From assembly GCA_964016885.1 (NCBI GenBank), contig OZ024743.1, forward strand, positions 115,506,001-115,570,000: DNA of 64,000 bases. The letters are read 5' to 3'. The position numbers and the translations under genes were made by a program. The number at the start of each line of letters is the position of its first letter. Positions within the stretch are counted from its first letter, which is position 1. Source of the DNA: Eledone cirrhosa (lineage: Eukaryota). A model generated the notes under the pieces. The model had not been told where the DNA came from. It made no database searches and worked only from the letters and a program-made list of their open reading frames with translations. This document shows, in pieces, positions 57,213 to 64,000 of the stretch.

Positions 57213-57522
57213 CAGGGGCGTGCATCAGGCGGTCCATGGGCTACGACCCGGCCCGCCAGACCAGTCAGAGTGGCCCGCGATAACGGTTTTTAATTTTTAC
57301 CTTGTAGGCTTACTTAGAATTCTTTTCGTAACCGTAATACAATTTTCTCTTAGTTGACCTATACTAAAGAGCTTCACTGATAGGGTTGTGTTTTATAATT
57401 TCCCAGTTCCAGAAATTGTAGTGAATCTTTAGAATAGTGCTTAATATATATTAATGGCCCTAATAGTTGTTCCAAAGTTCAAAAGTGCCCCCCCCCCCCA
57501 TGGAATATGTTGCATACCCCTG
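57213..57522. mobile_element. hAT-type MITE
   Basis: Imperfect TIRs CAGGGGCGTGCA / TGCATACCCCTG and a perfect 8-bp TSD CTCTATAC at 57205-57212 and 57523-57530. Confidence 0.85.
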
Positions 57523-58559
57523 CTCTATACCATACCCTAAACATTTACTGTTTTAAGCACATATATAATCAGAGATATTTCAGCTGGGTATATATATATA
57601 TATATAAATATACCACCTTTTTATGAGTATATAGGAGTAGCCGGTTTAATAATTATTTGTTTTATGGCAGTAGAGAGGGATTCCTGTCTCCCAACATTTT
57701 TGTTGACACGCTGTCAAAGTTGTTAGTCCATTTCAAAGGATTTAACGAGGAATCTGGAATTGTCCGTATTCAATTCAACTGTTTGTCATTACAAAACTGC
57801 GAAAACTAAACCCCAGAAGAAAATTCCATACGTGAGATGTGCGAGAAAGAAAATATCAAAATAGAGTTAGCGATTATACATAGGAACTTCAACTTAAATG
57901 GGATCTGACCTAACCGCAAATCATTAGATTCTTTAGAAGAGACCATAATATTGAAAACATTCGGATCTGGTGTTCGGTTGTATAAAAGCTCGATATATTT
58001 ATGCGCTGTGTCCTGCAAAAGTAAAGGATGCTTCTTTTCTCTTTATGTCTAAGCCGCAAACATATTGGTATTTTGATGAAGTGGTAGGTCTCTGTGTTTG
58101 TGAGAAATGTTATGAAATGATTGGATAAATAATCCTACAATTCAGAAATCATTAACCATGGCTGATAACATTAAAGAGAGGAAGAGATCAAGGAATGATA
58201 TAATGCGATTACGTATAGGTGACAGTGTGTGTACAAGTGTAAGTATGTGTACAAGTGTAAGTGTGTGTGAGAGAGTGTGAGATTGTGTGTGGGTATGTGT
58301 TTAAGTCTCTGTGTGTTTATGTGTTTGCGTGTGTGCGTGTGTGCTTCTCAGTGTTTGTATGTTTGTATATGTCTATGTGAGCTTGAATGTGTAAACATTT
58401 GTGTCTGTAGGTGTATTTGTGTGTGTGTGTGTGCTTGAATGTGTGTGAGTTTGTGCCTGTGGTTTTATTTGTGTGTATACGTGTGCTTGAATGGGTGTGC
58501 GTCTGTGTCTATGAGTGTATTTCTGTGTGTATGTGTTTGTGTCTGTGGGTGCGTGTGTT

Positions 58560-58810
58560 TGACCTACTGCATTGCTCTACCCAATCACCAAATTTGAACC
58601 CAACAGGAAATATACTGTCACATTTAGAGATCAAAAGAGACGACAAATTTATTAAAAGGAAATAACAATATCACAGAAGGTATCAAGGAAATCGACAGTT
58701 CTTGTGCTTTGGAGAATAAATCAGGCACAAATACTTTAAATTACTCTAATTGATGCCATGATATATAGTTGGCTTGAGTTCATACAAAATAAACGCAAAG
58801 CAAGCAACTA
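58560..58810 (+). mobile_element. Tc1-like transposase C-terminal remnant
   Basis: STQSPNLNPTGNILSHL resembles the WPxQSPDLNPIENxW motif, with LIDAM downstream. Confidence 0.6.
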
Positions 58811-59749
58811 ATTATACAATAATTATTAACACAACGCTCGTTTCCGATTTTGTTTCTGTTGTTGTTATTGTTGTAATGATGTTCTTATTTTTGTTCTTCT
58901 TATTGTTGTTTGTTGTTATCGCTGTTGAAATTATCAAAGCGGAAAGATTACTGATGTTTGTATAGAATTATAGTTAGGTTAAAGCTAATGCTTTGGAACA
59001 TGGGATTAATAATAAACGAAACAAACGAACACAAAAATCCTAACCATGTGAATTATTCAGCTAGTTGATTAGCTGCAGGCTTTATTCTATACCTGCACAT
59101 ATACACATACATGCATAGACACCTACATATTTATTTAAGTATTTGTTTTCTAATTCATTTTTGTATCGCAATTGAAGAATTAATGCGGGAATGCATTTCT
59201 GAAAGGGACACTGAAAAGAGATTATATTTAATTCAATGCAGAACAAATATATCAAGGGATATCGTTTGCAAACCATCAGCTGTTTCAGTTTTCTTGTCGG
59301 AAAACACCAGCAGACATTATACACACTTCGGGTAGTTTGCTGCTAGCATGTGTAGCGTGCATATTATATTATATACAAATATACATGCATGTAGTTATGA
59401 TTGTCAAATAAAATCGTAATTAACAATATGCACAGAAATTGAAGAGAGACTGTGTTACACTCTGTTCTGTAATCAGTAAATTAATCCATGATACATTAAA
59501 AAAATACGATATTATATATAAACTACATTACGGTGAAATATTATGAAACCTTATATAACAATACAAATATATTGAATTTTATATAAGCAACGTAATACGT
59601 GTTATGGTATACGGACGGTAACAGGAAGTGTACACATTTGAACATTTGAAAAGAAGTGAATCTTAATATAATATGTATACGAATATTTATATTTATATTT
59701 AATCAAGAGTTACGAAATTTAGTAGATACATTATGTAATATTCATTCAT

Positions 59750-59924
59750 TGGATTGGCAGTATCGGTAGCTGGTCGGACGCCATGCTTTGCGGTACAGAC
59801 TTACGGCCCTTTATGATCTGAGTTCAAATTCCGCCGAGGTTAACTTTGCCTTTACGGGGTCGATAAAATAAAGTACCAGTAATACACTGGGGTAATTGCT
59901 GGCCTTGTGCCAAAAGTAGAAACA
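59750..59924 (+). mobile_element. SINE family A
   Basis: Matches 1298-1482 with a small internal deletion. Confidence 0.85.
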
Positions 59925-60132
59925 ATTATTTATATAAAATAATCTAACTTATTTTACTAATGGGATAAAAAAAAAATATATTCAGGACGCAGTCACGCAC
60001 TCCTGCCTTTATTATAGTTATTATATGTCGCTACATATTCACGAACATTTTCCAAGAGAAAAGAACACACCTGAAGAAATTTTTTTTCGTTTGTTCTCTT
60101 GCACATTCTCCTATATTATTCTATATCTTCTT

Positions 60133-60314
60133 TGGTGGATTGGCAGTATCGCTAGAGGGTCGGACGCCATGCTTTCCAGCATAGTTACGTCCCTTTGCGG
60201 TCTGAGTTCAAATCCCACCGAGGTTAACTTTGCCTTTCATCCTTACGGGGTCGATAAAATAAAGTACCAGTAATGCACTGGATAATTGATGGCCTTGTGC
60301 CAAAAGTAGAAACA
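60133..60314 (+). mobile_element. SINE family A with TSD
   Basis: ATTATTCTATATCTTCTTT flanks both sides. Confidence 0.9.
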
Positions 60315-60649
60315 ATTATTCTATATCTTCTTTAATTTTAAATTCTATTTTCTTCTTACGGCCTTGCATCAGAATATTAAGCGTGAACCGAATCTTCATT
60401 GTACTTCATCTCCTCAAGTGTTTTTATTTCCATTTACTTTACGTACACACACACACACACACACACACACGCGCGCGTGGGCGCAATCCCACAGATACGC
60501 ACACATAAACATATATATGTATATATGTTTCGAATGCAATCTCTCGCGATACATATATAATTATATATAATGTAAGAGAGGGGATGACGATTATATTCCG
60601 AATAAATAGATTAATATATAGATAATAATATATATGTTAATATAAATAA

Positions 60650-60734
<85 letters not shown>

Positions 60735-61065
60735 AAAGAGAGAGAAAGGGAGAGGGAGAGGAAGAGTGTGGGGTACAGAGAGAGAGAGGGAATGTACGTA
60801 TAGTGCTGCTATATACGTACATTTAACAAGATGGGATATATAACTGAAAACAATCAGTCTAGTTTGCACGACGTGCATACATTAAATAAAAATCATTAGA
60901 TAATACATGTTTAAGTCAAAGCCTGCATTAGACGTTTGATGTTGAATATAACATAAATATAACTGCATAGTATTATGCAAATTCTACTGGTCATTTCAGC
61001 TGTACATTAGATATCACAGAAGACATATATATACTTACATATTATATATACTTATTGTAACAACG

Positions 61066-61127
<62 letters not shown>

Positions 61128-61415
61128 CGTTGTTACGATAAGAATTCTTTATTGAAAGCTGTATAGGGTGGGTTATTTTCCTCTTTAGAAATATACGATT
61201 CAGAAACTAATAAAAGTAATCCCCTACGTTTCTTGTGGTTATACATGAAGAGTTTAAAGTGCTTACAAATAAAACAACATGCTAAGCCAGTAATTCTGGA
61301 AAGATAACATAATTTATTTAAATAGCCAAAGACTGCAAACCTTAAGTGCCTAGGCATTTTGAATTCATTGAATTTGTGGACTTTGAACCATTCCGATGAT
61401 ATTGGTAATCATCTT

Positions 61416-61478
<63 letters not shown>

Positions 61479-61479
61479 A

Positions 61480-61857
61480 GAAAAAATGAAATTTCATTTC
61501 TCAATGTTGGTACGGCTGATACTTAAATGTAAGTATGTATACGTACATAGATATCGTTTATACATACATACAGTTTTCTGTACGCCCGGCCGACTAACTC
61601 ACTCGATATGCAAATTAGGCTGCTCAACCGTTAATACGCATAAGGAAAGTTTATACGTTCAAACGTTCAATCAACTGACAGGAAGGTATACGGTGCTGAT
61701 GACAGCTAATGAGCTAGAAACTAGTTCATCGTTCCTTTGTCAGTGTTGAACAAAATGGCAACGATGGTTGCCGAACAGAACAATGTACGGCTAATAATTC
61801 GGGCTGTTTGTTTACAAACAAACCGAGCCTTATAATAAATGTTCAGTAAACCCGTGC

Positions 61858-61951
<94 letters not shown>

Positions 61952-62019
61952 ATGTATGTATGTATATACATACTACTGTACGTCTGAATGCATATATGTA
62001 TGTACGTATACATACTTAC

Positions 62020-62020
<1 letters not shown>
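61480..62020. repeat. Dispersed repeat family X
   Basis: CGGCCGACTAACTCACTCGATATGCAAATTAGGCTGCTCA matches ~15765-15804. Confidence 0.8.
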
Positions 62021-62108
<88 letters not shown>

Positions 62109-62113
<5 letters not shown>

Positions 62114-62467
62114 GCTTTCACCGTATTTTTGACTAAATACATTTTAGCCTGATAATGGGGTTTAGAACACTCAGATGAATGGAAAAAGATGTGTATTGAC
62201 GTACATGGGAGTCGAACCCATATCTTTGGTTATCCAGACCACTGTGCTACCATTACACTAACACATCACCCATTATGGTTGCACAGTGGTCTGGATAACC
62301 AAAGATGTGTGTTCGACTCCCATGTACGTCAATACTCATATTTTTCCATTTATCTGAGGGTTCTAAACCCCATTATCAGGCTAACATTTCTTTAGTAAAA
62401 AATACGGTGAAAGCTAATCTATCTTCTAATTTCAAACCTGCTCACTGTTTCAAAACATACTTACTTG

Positions 62468-62470
<3 letters not shown>
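62109..62470. mobile_element. Fold-back element containing a tRNA-like sequence
   Basis: Arms ~62109-62254 and ~62275-62420. The left arm abuts (GA)n/(TA)n, and a ~50-bp tail leads to (TA)n. Confidence 0.8.
62197..62267 (-). tRNA. tRNA-like cloverleaf (pseudo-tRNA, nominal anticodon GGA)
   Basis: GATGTGT-TA-GTGT-AATGGTA-GCAC-A-GTGGT-CTGGATA-ACCAA-AGAT-ATGGG-TTCGACT-CCCAT-GTACGTC-A. The acceptor stem is G-U rich and the variable arm is short, so it is unlikely to be a functional tRNA-Ser. Confidence 0.6.
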
Positions 62471-62522
<52 letters not shown>

Positions 62523-62733
62523 AATAATAATAATAATAATGATAATTTTTTCTACTTTTGGCGCAAGGCCACCAATTTTTCAGTGCATTACTGGTACTTT
62601 ATTTTATAGGATCTAAGCCCATAGTAAAATTGTCGAAAAAATACTGCAAGGCAGTTCGTCTAACGCTCTCGGTTTTTTTTATATTCACTTCATTATATTG
62701 CCATTTATTTTATGGATTTACGAAATAATATAA

Positions 62734-62909
62734 TTGCATCTACTTTTGGCACAAGGCCAGCAATTATGCCATTTAATTACTGGTACTTTATTTTATCGAC
62801 CACGTAAGGATGAAAAGCAGAGTTAACCTCGGCGGGATTTGAACTCAGAATTGCATGGGCCGTAACTCTATGCGTCAAAGCATGGCGTCCGACTCTCTAC
62901 CGATACTGC
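62734..62909 (-). mobile_element. SINE family A
   Basis: Reverse-complement match to 1298-1482. Confidence 0.85.
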
Positions 62910-63146
62910 TAAGAAAATAATGATAAACGATTTGATATGTCAAATCGTTTAGTGTGTAGTGACGCATGTTTGGCCATTGATAAGCTCCAGGTTTTATTTG
63001 TGTTGATTTAGCTCTAATTCGCCTCTGGAATTAAAAGCTCGTCGGACTCCTGTTGTGGAAATGACAGAATGAACTTCTTAGGACGTGGAAAAAGCATACA
63101 TTATGTTTATAGAATAGTGAACCTACAGTAACTTGACGTTACAATA

Positions 63147-63259
<113 letters not shown>

Positions 63260-63367
63260 TATATTTGCAAGAGATGTCAACTTGAAGGGGCCTGTTATTT
63301 TTATCTTAAGAAATTTTTCCAATTCCAACCCTACCATCCCCTCAATCTATTTTATTTCTCATTCTTC

Positions 63368-63401
63368 CTTCTGATGAAAGACTAGCGTCCGAAACGTTAA
63401 G
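63368..63401 (+). ncRNA. Minimal type I hammerhead ribozyme fold
   Basis: CTT-CTGATGA-AAGAC-TAGC-GTCC-GAAA-CG-TT|AAG, in a ~240-bp insert between two (TA)n tracts. Confidence 0.7.
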
Positions 63402-63524
63402 ACCCTCTTCCTGCTATATCAAGCGTTAACCTAATATATCCATTCCATATACTGTACCGATTTTGTTGTTATTTCTGTTTACCTTTTACGTGCATATATT
63501 TATATATATATATATATATATATA

Positions 63525-64000
63525 AAATAAATAAGTCAACTATGCAAAATTTGGCTTCGTTTATTATAAATTATACACAATCAGCAGCAGGCAATATAAG
63601 CACCCAGCAGAGCCATGTGGAGGGATGGAATGGCGAACCCGGTACCCACCCTGGGAACCCAAACAGACTCCCCCCCCCTACTGGACCAAGGGGCAGACCA
63701 CCCTATACTACGCAACGGGAACCCCACAATAAGCACTCAGGGATCGACCCGCTCCTGCAACTGCAGAAACCCCACATTATGCCCCCTTAGTAATGAATGC
63801 CTCATGAAGAAGTTGTATCCGGATGTAGAGACAAAAACCCAGTTCTGAGCACCTTTGCATAGCAGCCACATTAACGAGCTTTAAGGACAGATGGTATAAC
63901 CATCGCCATTCCTTTAATAGGGAGGGCAAAAGGAAAAGTACGGCTCTTTCTGAACTGATCTGGAAGCTCAAGCTGAACAGGACCCCGTACATTCTGGCCT
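63525..64000 (+). pseudogene. PLE linker + GIY-YIG endonuclease fragment (runs off the window)
   Basis: CNCRNPTLCPLSNECL and FKDRWYNHRHSFNREGKRKSTALSELIWKLK. It starts right after (TA)n. Confidence 0.85.

Noticed and set aside
57660-58020. Possible host exons in non-repetitive sequence
   Set aside because: Splice-like sites exist, but frames close quickly and there is no recognisable protein similarity.

Overview
This is AT-rich, repeat-dense animal DNA with abundant (TA)n, (CA)n and (GA)n tracts, and I cannot support any host protein-coding gene in it. The repeat complement suggests a cephalopod (octopus-like), but that is inference. Nearly all ORF-track entries are microsatellite artefacts. 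The recognisable content is mobile DNA: five Penelope-like retroelement (PLE) coding remnants (RT and/or GIY-YIG endonuclease), more than 15 copies of one tRNA-derived SINE, a second SINE family, RTE-, R4- and CRE-like LINE fragments, mariner and Tc1 fragments, a hAT MITE with an 8-bp TSD, and Helitron-like elements. The most striking pattern is about ten fold-back (inverted-repeat) insertions, with arms from 20 bp to 1.2 kb and mostly unrelated sequences, nearly all at (TA)n tracts. They typically share one asymmetric layout: one arm is flush with the microsatellite and the other carries a 40-160 bp tail. Several carry a minimal type I hammerhead ribozyme fold (CYGANGA...GAAA-short stem III-UH), and one carries a tRNA-like cloverleaf. 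All coordinates and alignments were read by eye and may be off by a few bases.
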